A stretch of DNA of 64,000 bases from an uncultured delta proteobacterium (GTDB taxonomy: Bacteria > Desulfobacterota > WTBG01 > CAIYCZ01 > CAIRTM01). Within the stretch, counting starts at the first letter, position 1, and every line of letters begins with the position of its first letter. Shown in pieces: positions 21,234 through 33,759 of this stretch. Under the pieces are notes generated by a model, which worked only from the letters and a program-made list of their open reading frames with translations, made no database searches and had not been told where the DNA came from. The stretch covers positions 256,001 to 320,000 of the forward strand of contig CAWDSQ010000030.1 of NCBI GenBank assembly GCA_963804955.1. Direction: 5' to 3'. The position numbers and the translations under genes were made by a program.

Positions 21234-21263
21234 TGTAGGGAACAGGCATGCCTGTTCCCTACA
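21234..21263. repeat. GTAG-type REP palindrome (family also at 23449, 43920, 46009, 54632)
   Basis: Perfect palindrome tgtagggaacaggcatgcctgttccctaca. Confidence 0.7.
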
Positions 21264-21294
21264 GATACCAGCGAAAACGGATTTATGTATAGTA

Positions 21295-23424
21295 TCAGGT
21301 ATTCTGCCCGAGCAAATTCAGCACCTGGTCTGCCGATGCTGTCACCACGGTGCCGGGGCCGAATATTGCCGAAACGCCTGCCTGCTGCAGAAACTCATAA
21401 TCGGCAGGAGGAATGATGCCACCCACCACGACTTTGATGTCTGCGGCATCCTGCTTCTTCAGCTCATCGATAAGTTTGGGAACGAGGTCTTTGTGGCCGG
21501 CTGCCAGGCTTGATATGCCAACGACATGCACGTCGTTTTCAACGGCCATTTTCGCCACTTCCTCCGGCGTCTGAAACATGGGGCTCACGTCGACATCAAA
21601 GCCGAGGTCGGCATAGGCCGTGGCGATGACTTTAAAGCCCCGGTCATGGCCGTCCTGGCCCATCTTGGCAACCAGGATGCGCGGCCTGCGGCCGCTTGCC
21701 TCCTTAAACTCGTCGCAGCGCTTGCGTATGGAGGCCACGATTTCGCTGTCGCCGTATTCGGCGGCAAAGGCCCCGGAAATGCACTGCGTGGTTGCCACAT
21801 AGCGGCCGAATACTTTTTCAAGGGCATCGGACACCTCTCCACCGGTTGCTCGGGCGCGCATGGCGGGTATGGTCGCCTCAAGAAGGTTGCCGCCCTGCGC
21901 AGCGCAGTTGGTGAGGTTTTCAAGCGCCGCCTGCACGGCCTTCTCATCGCGCTTGCCCCTGATGTCCTTGAGGCGCGCAACCTGCTCGTCGCGCACGGCG
22001 CTTGATATCTCGCGCACCTCCATGGGCGTTTCATCTTTTGCTTTGTACTTGTTCACGCCGACGATGATGTCTTTGCCCTGGTCGATGCGGGCCTGCTTGC
22101 GCGCGGCAGCCTCTTCGATGCGCATCTTGGGCATGCCCGCCATGATGGCCTTGGCCATGCCGCCCATGTCCTCGATTTCCCTGATGATCGCGCGCGCCTG
22201 GTTGATGATGGACTGGGTGAGTGACTCGACATAGTAGGAGCCGCCCAGCGGATCGACAACATGGCAGATCTGGGACTCTTCCTGCAGCACGATCTGCGTG
22301 TTGCGGGCAATGCGCGCGGAAAGGTCGGTGGGCAGGCTCACAGCCTCGTCGAATGAGTTTGTGTGCAGCGACTGCGTTCCGCCAAGCGCTGCGGCAAGGG
22401 CCTCCAGTGTCGTGCGGATGATATTGTTGTAGGGGTCCTGCTGCGTGAGGCTCCAGCCCGAGGTCTGGCAGTGGGTGCGCAGCATGCGCGATGAGGGCTT
22501 TTTCGGGTTGAACCGGCCGATGATGTCATTCCACATGAAGCGCGCGGCCCGCAGCATGGCAATGTCCATGAAGAAGTTCATGCCGATGCCGAAGAAAAAT
22601 GACAGGCGGCCTGCGAAGGTATCGATATCAAGGCCTGCGTTGAGGGCCGCTTTCACGAACTCCAGACCGTCGGCCAGGGTGAAGGCAACCTGCTGCACCG
22701 AGTTTGCCCCTGCCTCCATCATGTGATAGCCGCTGATGCTCACGGTGTTGTACTTGGGCATGTTTTTCGAGCAGTAGCCGATGATGTCCGAGACGATGCG
22801 CATGGACGGCTCGGGCGGATAGATATAGGTGTTGCGCGTCAGGTACTCTTTGAGAATATCATTCTGTATGGTGCCCTCGAGCTTGTCCTGCGCAACGCCC
22901 TGCTCCTCGGCGGCCACGATATAGCCCGCAAGAATCGGCAGCACCGCGCCGTTCATGGTCATGGAGACCGACATCTGGTCAAGGGGAATCTGGTCGAACA
23001 GTATCTTCATGTCCTCGACCGAGTCAACGGCAACGCCTGCCTTGCCTACATCGCCGGCCACGCGGGGGTGGTCGGAGTCATAGCCGCGGTGGGTTGCAAG
23101 GTCGAAGGCCACGGAGAGGCCTTTCTGGCCTGCGGCAAGGTTTTTCCGGTAAAAGGCATTGGACTCCCTGGCTGTTGAAAAGCCGGCATACTGGCGTATG
23201 GTCCAGGGCCGCTGCGTATACATGGTGCCGCGCACGCCGCGCACAAAGGGCGCAAGGCCGGGCAGGGTATTGACGCATTCAAGGCCTTCAAGATCTTCAG
23301 CGGTGTAGAGCGGCTTGACCATAATGCCCTCAGGCGTTGCCCAGTTCAGGGTCTCCAGGGGCTTGTCTTTCAGCTCTTTTGCCGCAAGGTCTTTCCATTT
23401 TTGCAGGTCGGGATGTTCAGCCAT
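21295..23424 (-). CDS. scpA: Methylmalonyl-CoA mutase (B12-dependent)
   Basis: [44 protein letters not shown]. Confidence 0.96.
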   Translation of the reverse strand: MAEHPDLQKWKDLAAKELKDKPLETLNWATPEGIMVKPLYTAEDLEGLECVNTLPGLAPFVRGVRGTMYTQRPWTIRQYAGFSTARESNAFYRKNLAAGQKGLSVAFDLATHRGYDSDHPRVAGDVGKAGVAVDSVEDMKILFDQIPLDQMSVSMTMNGAVLPILAGYIVAAEEQGVAQDKLEGTIQNDILKEYLTRNTYIYPPEPSMRIVSDIIGYCSKNMPKYNTVSISGYHMMEAGANSVQQVAFTLADGLEFVKAALNAGLDIDTFAGRLSFFFGIGMNFFMDIAMLRAARFMWNDIIGRFNPKKPSSRMLRTHCQTSGWSLTQQDPYNNIIRTTLEALAAALGGTQSLHTNSFDEAVSLPTDLSARIARNTQIVLQEESQICHVVDPLGGSYYVESLTQSIINQARAIIREIEDMGGMAKAIMAGMPKMRIEEAAARKQARIDQGKDIIVGVNKYKAKDETPMEVREISSAVRDEQVARLKDIRGKRDEKAVQAALENLTNCAAQGGNLLEATIPAMRARATGGEVSDALEKVFGRYVATTQCISGAFAAEYGDSEIVASIRKRCDEFKEASGRRPRILVAKMGQDGHDRGFKVIATAYADLGFDVDVSPMFQTPEEVAKMAVENDVHVVGISSLAAGHKDLVPKLIDELKKQDAADIKVVVGGIIPPADYEFLQQAGVSAIFGPGTVVTASADQVLNLLGQNT

Positions 23425-23509
23425 GGTAACCCTCCAAATATATTTTCCGTAGGGGCGTACGGCGTACGCCCGCAATACACGGGTACGGCCATAGCCCGCC
23501 ATGGCTATG

Positions 23510-23914
23510 TTAATCTCTCTGAGAAAGCTCCACAAGGATGCCGCTGGTGGCCTTGGGATGCAGAAACGCTATCATGGCCCCTCCGGCGCCGCGGCGCGGC
23601 TTTTCATCGATAAGGGGAATGCCCTTGGCTTTCAGCTCGGCAAGCGCCTCTTCGATGTTCTCGACGCGGAAGGCTATATGCTGAATGCCCTCGCCCCGCT
23701 TTTCAATATATTTGCCGATGGGCCCGTCGGGCGCGGTGGACTCGAGCAGTTCGACTTCGCTTTCTCCAACGGGGAAAAAAGCCGTGGTGACCTTCTGCTC
23801 CTGCACGGTCTCCGTGCCGGTAAGCTGAAGCCCCATCACATCGGTCCAGAAATTTTTACCTTCATCTATGCTTTTTACGGCAATGCCCAGATGGTCGATT
23901 TTTAAAATTTTCAT
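23510..23914 (-). CDS. mce: Methylmalonyl-CoA epimerase
   Basis: [27 protein letters not shown]; directly upstream of the mutase. Confidence 0.95.
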   Translation of the reverse strand: MKILKIDHLGIAVKSIDEGKNFWTDVMGLQLTGTETVQEQKVTTAFFPVGESEVELLESTAPDGPIGKYIEKRGEGIQHIAFRVENIEEALAELKAKGIPLIDEKPRRGAGGAMIAFLHPKATSGILVELSQRD

Positions 23915-24368
23915 GGGTTCGCTCCTTCTTTTTTTTCGTTTTTTATCCAAAGGTACGGTGGGATTTTTTTCTGAGAATGGTCAGTATAAAATAAGAGGGT
24001 TTTGCTGTCAATCAGGAACCGCACCTTGCCTGGCCAGTCAAAAAGGGTTGTTTTGCAGCCTGTATCCCGAATTTGCGCTCCAGCAGAGTCCGTTATAAAA
24101 TGCCAAAACCCTAAACCCTTGCAAAAAAACAGGGTGGCATTCAGGCAGAAGATTGTTGGGTTCGCCACTGCGCTGCTGTGGTTCTTCACAAACAGTTGTT
24201 TTTATGATAGTTCTGAGTTCTTCAGCCGTAGCGGATCAAGCTGCAATCTATTCTCCCTTTTTACGCTATCAACCGGATTTTGCATTGACATACAAGGGTG
24301 ATTTACCTATATGAAAACTATTATGCCTTTTATAATATAACCATACTAATTTTTCTGAGGAGGCAATT

Positions 24369-25079
24369 ATGATCCGCAAAACGATTGTCCGATGCCTGCT
24401 TGCCGCAGCATGTGCCTGCACGGCACTGCCCGGCGCTGTGCAGGCGGCCCCTGCAGCGGATTTAAACTACAATCTTATTGATTTCAGCGTTCAGGCCCGC
24501 CGCGAAGTGGGCAATGATCTCATGCAGGCAACGCTGTTTGCCGAATCCGTCGGCAGCAATCCGGGAGAGCTGGCAGCCATTGTCAACAAGCGCCTTGCCG
24601 CTGCTGTGGGGAAGGCCAAAGCCGTTCAGACTGTCAAGGTGGAAAGCGGCAATTATAACAGCTGGGCCAATTATCAGAAAGGCAAACAGGATGGCTGGCG
24701 CACCCGGGCTGAGCTGCGCCTTGAAAGCCGCGATTTTGCAGCCCTTGCCGAGCTCATCGGCAGGCTGCAGGCAGGCGATATGCAGCTCGGGGGCATGCAG
24801 TTTGTCATTTCGCCGTCGCTGCGCTCGCAGGTTGAGGCGGAGCTGACCAAAGAGGCTGTGGCTGCTTTTCAGGCCCGTGCCGATCTGGTCAGGCAAAGCC
24901 TCTCTGCCCAGACAAGCAGGATCGTCACGCTTCGCCTGGATGCGCAAGCTCCGCAGCCGCCCCGGCCCATGTTTCGCGCCAGGGCCATGGCTGCCATGGA
25001 AGAGGCGGCAGCGCCGCCGGCTGAAGCAGGCACCGGCGAGATTGTGATCATCGCAAGCGGCACGGTGCAGGTGCAGTGA
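24369..25079 (+). CDS. Periplasmic SIMPL (DUF541) domain protein
   Basis: Signal peptide; REVGNDLMQATL, LESRDFAALAELIG, EAGTGEI. Confidence 0.8.
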   Translation: MIRKTIVRCLLAAACACTALPGAVQAAPAADLNYNLIDFSVQARREVGNDLMQATLFAESVGSNPGELAAIVNKRLAAAVGKAKAVQTVKVESGNYNSWANYQKGKQDGWRTRAELRLESRDFAALAELIGRLQAGDMQLGGMQFVISPSLRSQVEAELTKEAVAAFQARADLVRQSLSAQTSRIVTLRLDAQAPQPPRPMFRARAMAAMEEAAAPPAEAGTGEIVIIASGTVQVQ

Positions 25080-25138
25080 CAGGAACATGGTCAGGGAGAT
25101 GCTTTTACCCTCACAGAATTCATTGAAAGGAGAACAGT

Positions 25139-25924
25139 ATGGTTGCCGGCAGGTTCGTTATTACAGGAATTTTGGTCTTTGCAGGTATCGTGCTGGTCAT
25201 GGGCTCTTTTGCTACCGTTCCGCCCGGGCACCGGGGCATATCGGTCACCCTGGGCAAGGTTTCCCCGCAGGCCCTTGGCGAAGGCTTTACTTTGAAGAAG
25301 CCGTTCATCGAAACAATCCTTAAATACCCTATCATGCAGATTACCCAGAAGGGCAAGGCCGCAAGCTTTTCCTCGGATTTGCAGACCATAACCGTCGACT
25401 ATGCCCTGATGTACAAGACCCCGGAGGGCAAGGTCGTGGAGATATATCAGCAGTATGCCGGCGACCCCTATGCCGCCCTCATTGAGCCGCGGCTGCAGGA
25501 GGCGATTAAACAGGTAACAGCCATGTTCAAGGCCGAGGAGCTGGTAAAAAACAGGGAAAAGATCAAGGCAACGGTCCTTGAAAAAACCAAAAAGGAAATG
25601 GTCGGCCTGCTCACCATCGTCGATTTTGCCATCACCAATATCGATCTCACCGATCTGCTCGAGAAGGCCATCGAAGACAAGCAGGTCAAGGAGCAGCAGG
25701 CCCTTGCAAAAGTCTATGAGCTGCAGAAGGCGCAGAAGGATGCCGAGATACGCATGGTCAATGCCAGGGCCGAAGCCGAGGCTATAAAGATAACCGGCGA
25801 TGCCCTTGCAGCGGCGCCCAAGCTCATCGAGCTGGAGCTGGTGAAGAAGTGGGACGGCCGGGCACCCCAGAGCGTTGTCACGTCGCAGGGCGGGGCCAAT
25901 ATCCTGCTGCCCCTGACGAAGTGA
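25139..25924 (+). CDS. Prohibitin/SPFH (band 7) family protein
   Basis: N-terminal TM, VPPGHRG, SSDLQ, AIEDKQ, KWDG. Confidence 0.9.
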   Translation: MVAGRFVITGILVFAGIVLVMGSFATVPPGHRGISVTLGKVSPQALGEGFTLKKPFIETILKYPIMQITQKGKAASFSSDLQTITVDYALMYKTPEGKVVEIYQQYAGDPYAALIEPRLQEAIKQVTAMFKAEELVKNREKIKATVLEKTKKEMVGLLTIVDFAITNIDLTDLLEKAIEDKQVKEQQALAKVYELQKAQKDAEIRMVNARAEAEAIKITGDALAAAPKLIELELVKKWDGRAPQSVVTSQGGANILLPLTK

Positions 25925-25948
25925 TGCCGGACAGCCTTACGATCATTG

Positions 25949-26265
25949 CTCAACCGCGCCGACATAGACCGGATTGGCAGCGGCGATCATATACCCGTAG
26001 AGCAGCCGCAGGGGCAGGGGCATCTGCGGCAGGCCGAGCAGCTCGGCGCGGAAATAATCCCCCTCTCGGGCCGGGGCGCTGAACGCAACCGAGCCCGCTC
26101 CGTTCATGCGCCATGCCTTATAGAGCCTGCCGTTTTTATACACGCAGGCAAGATAGCGCTCGGGGCGCTGCGCCACGTTTTTTTTGTTTTGTGGTAGAGT
26201 ATTTTTAAAACGGCCCTTGCCCGCCGGCAGGGCTTTCAGTTCTTCAGGCTTCAGCTCCTGCGCGG
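25949..26265 (-). repeat. Direct-repeat copy of the PHP gene 3' end (partner 29181-29498)
   Basis: Near-identical about 317-bp segments; both encode YKNGRLYKAWRMNGAGSVAFSAPAREGDYFRAELLG...NPVYVGAVE. Confidence 0.92.
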
Positions 26266-27528
26266 GCTGTCATGCTCAGGCGGTAGCGGGCTCTGTGCAT
26301 CCGCAACAGTATGCCGCAGAGTGCCGGACAGTATGGGTAGTGCCAGGTGCATCAGCCATGAGCATAGCAGAGCGCTGAACGCCCAGATGCCGATCGTGAT
26401 GAGGGCTTCCGCAACTGTAGGCGAATACTCAACGATTTCCCCCAGCGGCGTTGGTATAAAACCAGGCACGATCATTCCCAGGCCCTTTTCGATCCATATC
26501 CCGACAAAGGAAAGTATGCAGGCGGTGTTGAGGCAGGTTATCTGCCGCGCAACGGGCGGTATGACCAGAATGCCCGCGGCGATTGCTTCGATCGTGATGG
26601 CAAACCAGATCCAGGGCACCAGCTTATGTGTGGCCGTGGAGGCCGAAAAACAGGTACTGCGCAGAGCTTGAATGGATGGAGGCGGCATAGAATTCCTTGA
26701 ACGCCTCGCACCCGAGCAGGAACAGGTTCACCAGCAGCGATATCGTGACGATCTGGCGCAGGATCTGCAATGCCTCATCCGTAATTTTGTAGCCCGAATA
26801 GCGCCGGATGAACTGAAATACCACGATCATCAGGGCCGGACCAGCCGTAAATGCCGAGCCGATAAAGCGGGGCGCCACGATGGCCGCGTTCCAGAAGGGC
26901 CGCCCGACAAGGCCCACGTAGAGAAACGCGGTGACGGTGTGAATGCTTATCGCCCAGGCTATGGAGATAAACACGAACGGCAGGTACAGCAGCTTTTTCG
27001 GCTTCCTGCCGAGATAGCGCATGTAGAGCAGGTAGCCGCTGATGTAGACATTGAGTATGAGATAGCCGAACAGGACGATGACGTCCCAGGCGAGCATGGA
27101 GGCTGGGAAGTTGAACATGCCCAGGAACGGCACCAGGTGCCAGGCTCTGTCAAGCCGTCCGAGATCGATGTTCACGAGCAGCAGGCACATGTATGATCGA
27201 TGCCACGGCGATGAGCTCGCCCGAGTATGACCACGTCCTGCAGGGGCTTGTTGTCGTAAATGTAGGCCGGTATGACCAGCATGACAGCGGCTGCCGCAAG
27301 CCCGACGACGAACGTAAAGTTGGCGATATACAGGCCCCAGGATATCTGCTGCGTCATGCCCGTTACGGCAAGGCCGGAAACGATCTGCTCGGCATAGCCG
27401 TACACGCCGGCCAGCGTGAGGACCGTCAGCAGCGCCATCCACCCGTAATAGAAGCGGCTGCCGAGAAAGCTGAGCATGAAAACCCGCCGGAGAAAAACGC
27501 CGCAGTCGCGCATATCCTGCTGTGTCAT
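26251..27528 (-). CDS. NrfD/DsrP-family membrane subunit (frameshifted)
   Basis: SWGLYIANFTF, IDLGRLDR, SIHTVTAF, APRF, WIEKG. Confidence 0.88.
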
Positions 27529-27535
27529 GCTGCTC

Positions 27536-28497
27536 TCACATCTCAAAGAAATAATAGAAGCGCGGTATGGTCTGAGCCTCTTCTTTCAAAATGTACACCC
27601 GCTTGTTTCTGAGAATGTAGTTTATGGGGCTGTCGGGGTCGCGGATATTGCTGAAGATGCGCGACCCTGTCGGGCAGGCCTCGGCGCAGGCCGGCAGCAG
27701 GCCCTGACGCACGCGGCCAATGCAAAACGTGCATTTTTCAACAACGCCCCGGGGCCGTATCCTGTTGCCCAGGTACGCCATCTCGGTCGTGATTTCCCCG
27801 GCGGGGATCGAGGGGGCCGCATAATTGAACCTCCGCGCAAAGTACGGGCAGGCGGCCATGCAGTAGCGGCAGCCGATGCACCAGTTGTAGTCGACAACAA
27901 TGATCCCGTCGGGCTCCTGCCAGGTTGCCTTGACCGGGCATGCATGTACGCAGGGAGGATTTTTGCATTGATGGCACTGAACGGGCATGTAGTACCTGTC
28001 TTGCGGGGCACTGTTTCGCTTGTGTAATAATGGTCCGAGGTTTCTACATTGATGGCGCCCTTTTTCATCTCCAGCACCCGTATGTACTGGATCTGCGGGG
28101 ACTGCGAGGTGTTGTTTTCTTTCATGCAGGCATAGACGCACCGGCGGCATCCTATGCACTTGCTGAGATTGAGGGCATAGGCATACTCTGACCCGGGCAA
28201 GGGCTTGAAATCCTGTATGTGCGCCGCAACCCCGTAGTCGCGGCTGATTTCTTTCTCCAGGCGTGCCAGCACCTGCTGCATCATCTCCGGCGTCAGCCGC
28301 GTATAGTGCTGCTGCAGAAGCTCGTCAATGCTCACCGCTCCCTGCAGCTTTCTGAGCGGCGACAGCGCTATGCCCAGGCCTGCCGCTGCAACAGCCCCGG
28401 CCTTCAGCAGGCCCCTGCGGGAAATCGTACCGAGATCGATCTGCTCGGTCAAGCGCGGCTTTTCGCCAGTCTGCCTCTCTTTTTTCCGGTCACTCAT
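27536..28497 (-). CDS. 4Fe-4S dicluster protein with Tat-like motif (NrfC/DsrO-like; frameshift near 28010)
   Basis: SRRGLLK; CIGCRRC, CHQCKNPPC, CIGCRYC, EKCTFC. Confidence 0.88.
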
Positions 28498-29104
28498 GGC
28501 GGCCTTCTTTGTCATGCTGCTGCGCCACTGCCGGCTCAGGGGCAGGCATTGGAATCAGCAGGGGAAAGTGGGGCTCATGCGGGTTATGGCACTGGTTGCA
28601 CTCGAGTTTCCTGTAGAGGCTGTTTGGCGGGTCCCAGGAGCCGTTCAGGCGGCCGTGCGTGCCGGCAACCCAGTCGCGGTATGTGGGGCCGTGGCATTTC
28701 CGGCAGAGCAGCACCGGCATGTCGGCCGGAATCTGGCTGCCGTCATGGTCGACATAGGTTTCCAGATCGGCGATGTTGTGGCAGTTGAAGCACCTGATAT
28801 TGAGGCCGTGGTTGAAAGGCATGCCCCGGTGCGCGCCCAGGGGCAGGTGGGACCGCCTGGGTTCCCGGAAGTCGACATGGCATTCACTGCAACGCTGCAC
28901 ATAGAAAGTATTCAGGTAGAACAGCAGGTTTCTGTCTTTGCGCACAGGCGTAAAATCAAGCCAGTCGGCGGGCGGAGCTATTATTTTTCGGGGGGCTGAC
29001 GGCGGGCCTTTTTTCTCTTCGGTGCGCCCGGTGCCCGCAAGCCATGCGAGCACAGTGCATGCTGCAACTGCCATTATGCAATAAGAAATGCGGTTCTTTT
29101 TCAT
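28490..29104 (-). CDS. Tetraheme cytochrome c
   Basis: Signal/TM; CSECH, CFNCH, CRKCH, CNQCH. Confidence 0.88.
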   Translation of the reverse strand: MKKNRISYCIMAVAACTVLAWLAGTGRTEEKKGPPSAPRKIIAPPADWLDFTPVRKDRNLLFYLNTFYVQRCSECHVDFREPRRSHLPLGAHRGMPFNHGLNIRCFNCHNIADLETYVDHDGSQIPADMPVLLCRKCHGPTYRDWVAGTHGRLNGSWDPPNSLYRKLECNQCHNPHEPHFPLLIPMPAPEPAVAQQHDKEGRHE

Positions 29105-29147
29105 AATGGGAAAATTTTTTCAGCGCACGAATTTTTGCAAATTCTAA

Positions 29148-30424
29148 CTATGTATAGATTCGTATTTTGATTTTGTCAAACTCAACCGCGCCGACATAGA
29201 CCGGATTGGTAACGGCGATCATATAGCCGTAGAGCAGCCGCAGGGGCAGGGGCATCTGCGGCAGGCCGAGCAGCTCGGCGCGGAAATAATCCCCCTCTCG
29301 GGCCGGAGCGCTGAACGCAACAGAGCCCGCTCCGTTCATGCGCCATGCCTTGTAGAGCCTGCCGTTTTTATACACGCAGGCAAGATAGCGCTCATGCAGC
29401 TGTGCGCCGGTGTTTTTGTTTTTGCTTACCGTACTTGCAAAACGGCCCCTGCCCGCCGGCAGGGCTTTCAGTTCTTCAGGGCTTCAGCTCCTGCGCGGCA
29501 GCAGCGCTCAGCGTTGTAGCGCCTGCTGCCGCAACCGATAGCCGCATGCTCAGCTCCGTGCTCTCCGGGGCCGCATCACCCATCATGGTTTCAAACTCGC
29601 CATCGTCGTCGGCATCAGCCGCAAGCTCAAGGCGCGGCGCATCGCTTGCATAGCTGATGGTTACCTGCCCGCCTTTAATGCCGGCAAGAATCGCCTCTGC
29701 TGTGCGCTCCTGCGCCCACACCCAGGTGGTGGGCATGGCCATGTCGTAGATACGCGACATCCATTTTTTCAGATGATGCGTGTCGCTGCCCCCAACGGCA
29801 GTAATGCGCCGGCCCTGCAGCAGCAGATTGTCCCAGAAGGTGTGCGCTGCCATGCGGTTCATGCCCGGCAGGCTGTACATGGCATTCCATATCTCGACGC
29901 AGTCTGCTATCAGGCGGCAACCGGATAGCTCCAGGGGCAGACCACGAATTCCTGCGGGTGATTGATTGAAAAAAGCGCTCCCCCGTCATGGGCGGCTTGT
30001 GCGGCAGCAGCCGCGTCACGGCTTGTATGGGCAGCCCACAGCGGGGCATAATCAAACGGCGCCGCAGCCCAGACATTGGCATGCCCGAAAGCGGTTGTCC
30101 ACTCCATGCCGTAGAGCAGCACCAGTTCGTCTGAGGCATAGCCCGGATCACTCCAGTGCAGGGGCTCGCCGCTCATGCTGCCGTCATGATCAGTGAGGGC
30201 GAAGAAATCAAGGCCCAGCCGCTCCGCTTCGGCAACCACATCTGCCGGAGGGCTGTCGCCGTCGCTGTAGGTGGAGTGGCTGTGCAGGTCGCCGCGCAGC
30301 CACTGACCGGCCAGGGCAGGGCAGGGGAGTAAGCACAGGCACATAAGCAGCAGGAGACCTGCTAACAAAATACTGTAGCCTCGGAGTTTGGGACAGCGTT
30401 TGTGATAAGGTGGAGGTTTTTCAT
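29148..30424 (-). CDS. Secreted PHP-domain (CehA/McbA-like) metallohydrolase (frameshifted)
   Basis: WLRGDLHSHSTYSDG, LTDH, GMEWT, GHAN, SINHP, GGSDTH. Confidence 0.85.
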
Positions 30425-30542
30425 GGCGTTCTTTCTGTATGTTACGTATTGTGCAGGAGCGGTTTCAGCCGCGAAACAATCGCTGCTTCAACGTATGCAC
30501 CTGTCTAATTTTTCCAGACTAACTCACCTATCAGGGCTTTTT

Positions 30543-33012
30543 TTATTTTCGCAACGTTGCTGAAATTTTGTATTCATATAACGTATCTGCAGGTTCTGTC
30601 CCAACCACAGTGCTCCACGTGGTTTTTAATGAATCAATAGCATTTTCAAAAGATGATTTCCGGTTAAGCTCTAGCGGGTTTTTATTATCTCCATCCAAGA
30701 TATCTATTTGTGCATGAATAGCAAAGTTGCTCTTTTGATACGTATACGTGGTATGGCAGTCCCAACCACATTCAACAGGTATATTATAAGGATGCGTGGC
30801 GCAATTCGAATAACCATGAATAAGCAAGTGTTGAAAATAGTAAATATGAAGTATCGTACTTTGGGCAAATAGAGCATTCTCTCCATGAACACTTGTTGTG
30901 TATTCATCCTGCGAGCTGGGCTCCCCATCATAGGACGTATCGCAGTGATTATATCCACTGAGACTATATTTATACAAAGGCCCAAACAGCGTAGAGGCTT
31001 CATATTCGTCCGAATAAGTTCCTTCAGATGTACACTCTCCATCACATACACCAGCATCTGTATAGGCTGAAAGAGCAGTATGCTTCGCTGTGTATCCTGT
31101 TCTAATCCCGGATTTGTTATTACAGTTTAAATCATAGCCAAAATAAGCTTCCGACTCATAAGAACGACTATAATACGGGCAGCACTCTTCGCAGGAAGCT
31201 GAATTAGACACAAAAATATAGTTCATTAATGGGCTTCCTGAAAAATCAATAAGACCCGATTCCGTTGATTCTTCACAAGATGCAATACTTCCGGAACACC
31301 CGGGATCACCGAGATTACAAGTTAATATTCTATCAGGAAAAGATTGCACAGTATACAAATTACGCCCAAAATCACCTGTGAGGCTTTGCCATTCATTCAA
31401 ATTCTGCAAATCACATGGGAATATAATTTGAGATCCATCCGTTTTTTTGATATCTGCATAACTATCCTTGAGGGGATCCCAAACGAATGCCCTGGTCACA
31501 CCACGTCCTTCGATTTTCACGAGGGCATATTCTTTTTTGAATTCAACGTATTTGCTTACTGCTACGCCAGTATCTGTTTCCTGTCCGATAGTGCCATAAT
31601 AACCTACTTGTACAGTAAGATCATAAAAATCGGCCGGCACCTTGCTGCTTGAGAAAATAAAGGTTGCTTCCGTAGGGTTACCCGCATCAGTGCTGAGCTC
31701 TCCGGCCTCAGTATTTTCATCTGAAACAGCATATGAAAACTGTTCTTCCGCAGGATCGGTTTTGTATTTCGCAACGGCAAAAAGTTTGCCGCCGGGCATG
31801 ACTTCAATTTGGCCACTGTAAACGGTCGTATTGATTACTTTAGCTTTGATCTTTGTTATGCCACTGCTGTCACCGCCAATAATTGCAGGCTCTGTCACCT
31901 CAAGCTTCCCGCGGAAGAAGTAATCAAGTAGCCCTGCGGAGTAGCCCACCGCCTTCGGTAAAAGTTTTTGCGCGTAGTCTTTATGGCAATTATCATCAAG
32001 CGTAAATAGTTGCGACTCTGATACTAAAACAAGATGGTCGCTGGTAAGATATCGTACACCCATAAGACGATAACTGCTTTGCCCCTCTATTTTTCGCACA
32101 TAAATCAAATGATCCGTCACGCCGTCTTCTGCATCTACCGCTTCCGGATTAGCCCAGTTTATAGTGTTCAAGTCTGTATCAGCCCTACTAGGATGAGGAA
32201 ATCCAGGCTCATCAAGCAATCTGAATGCGCTTAAAAAATTGGCGGATGAATATTCTGCAAGCCCGGTATTAAAACTGTCGTTAATATCGTCGCCAGTGTA
32301 TAGGCCTGTATCCCAGAAAAACCTTGCCTCCATTGGCAAACCAAGATTGAAAACCGGCACTGAGCCGGATGCCATATAATTGTATAGCAAATCTCCCTGC
32401 GCTTGTCTTCTTTGCACATACTGTTCAAAATTATTTCCAAAATAGCTTGTAAAATTCAACCCGGTGCCGTTCTGAGGAAACAAATGGCCTTTGAAATCAT
32501 TGCGGGTATGAGCGGGAACTGCCATGTCCTGTATCATATGCATGACATAGCCCAGGCTTCTAAAAGTCTTATCAAAACCCCACGACCTGATATTGCTGCT
32601 TTGCGAAGTCAGTGCTTCACAATAATAAGTGCGTGCTTTCTTCCACGAATATTCATTGCTGTTCATATCGCCCAATGCCCATGCAAGAGCTGAACCGCCC
32701 CGGAAAATATCATTTAATCCAGTGTTATGTATCGGCTCATAAAAATGATTCAATGCGCGGCTGTCGGCATCTTCTCTTTCTGACCCATCAACTAGTATGC
32801 CAAGATCGTTTTTCCATACAGTGTCGCATTCAAACCTTCTTGTAAAACCAAGATAGGTCGTTAGATATTCAATTATTGTTGATTTGTTAGGAATAGTATA
32901 TTCTGTAATTTTTCGATGAGTCAGTTTGTCGTCCCATGCAAAGAGTATTATCGGCAAAACAAAATAAAATATACAATAACGAAATTATGATTATTTGCTT
33001 CTTTGCGAGCAT
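30543..33012 (-). CDS. Large secreted protein with N-terminal Zn phospholipase C/P1-nuclease-like domain and Cys-rich C-terminus
   Basis: AW...TH mature N-terminus, RALNHFY, GYVMHMIQDMAVPAHTRND; GGAG RBS and ATG at 33012 with frameshift in the signal peptide; low GC. Confidence 0.65.
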
Positions 33013-33020
33013 AAAAACTC

Positions 33021-33662
33021 CTATTTTTTTAATTTTCTTTCATTCCTTATATCATTAGACAGTTGATCATCTTCCTTTAAAAGAAAAGGCAATTCATAGT
33101 CTCTAAAAATATCATCGATTTTTATCGTACTAGGGGCATATTTATCCCAAATTCCAGAATCCAAGCACCTACTTAAAAATGATCTATGCTCAACATGCGG
33201 ATATTTAACATACGTATTCTTTTCTAAAAGTATTTTGGCTGCCTTATCAAACTTTTGGAGTTTAATAGTTCTTTGTTCATCATTAAACTCCGCAAGGTCA
33301 CGCATACCAGAAGAAAAATTAAACTTGCTGTCCCACAAAGCATATCCGGGTTTGTATATTGTTAGCCGTGGCCGTTTGGAGAAAATATACGTCAGCCAAA
33401 AATCTTTTATGTATATTCTGCCCTCTTTATCTGAAAAAGATTCCTTCGCTTTAACAAGCACCTCTGTGCCGCCTTCCCACCAAGCCCGCTTTGTCCAGCT
33501 ATGCTCCATCCACTGCGCAAGCGCCACTGCTCCCTCTATCGGCTGGCCTGTGTCATTATCTACAATGACGGCGGTCGGAACTTCCCTGGCTGATGCGCAT
33601 GCACTGAAAAACACACAAGCCAAACAGAGTAAAATGAAAGGTGCTAATAACGTTTTTTGCAT
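33021..33662 (-). CDS. Putative lipoprotein, paralog B
   Basis: Signal ending FSAC; IVDNDTGQPIEGA carboxypeptidase-regulatory-like start; IYKPGY. Confidence 0.8.
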   Translation of the reverse strand: MQKTLLAPFILLCLACVFFSACASAREVPTAVIVDNDTGQPIEGAVALAQWMEHSWTKRAWWEGGTEVLVKAKESFSDKEGRIYIKDFWLTYIFSKRPRLTIYKPGYALWDSKFNFSSGMRDLAEFNDEQRTIKLQKFDKAAKILLEKNTYVKYPHVEHRSFLSRCLDSGIWDKYAPSTIKIDDIFRDYELPFLLKEDDQLSNDIRNERKLKK

Positions 33663-33759
33663 GTCATTATCCTTTTAGATATTATTTTATTGACTGACTC
33701 CTTAAAACTTTGTGTTTTTCAAGACAATACACATCTGTCACTGTACAGCTTACAGGGCA

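Noticed and set aside
25949..29498. Diversity-generating retroelement TR/VR pair
   Set aside because: Differences between the repeats are not adenine-specific on either strand (for example a G/C change) and no reverse transcriptase is present
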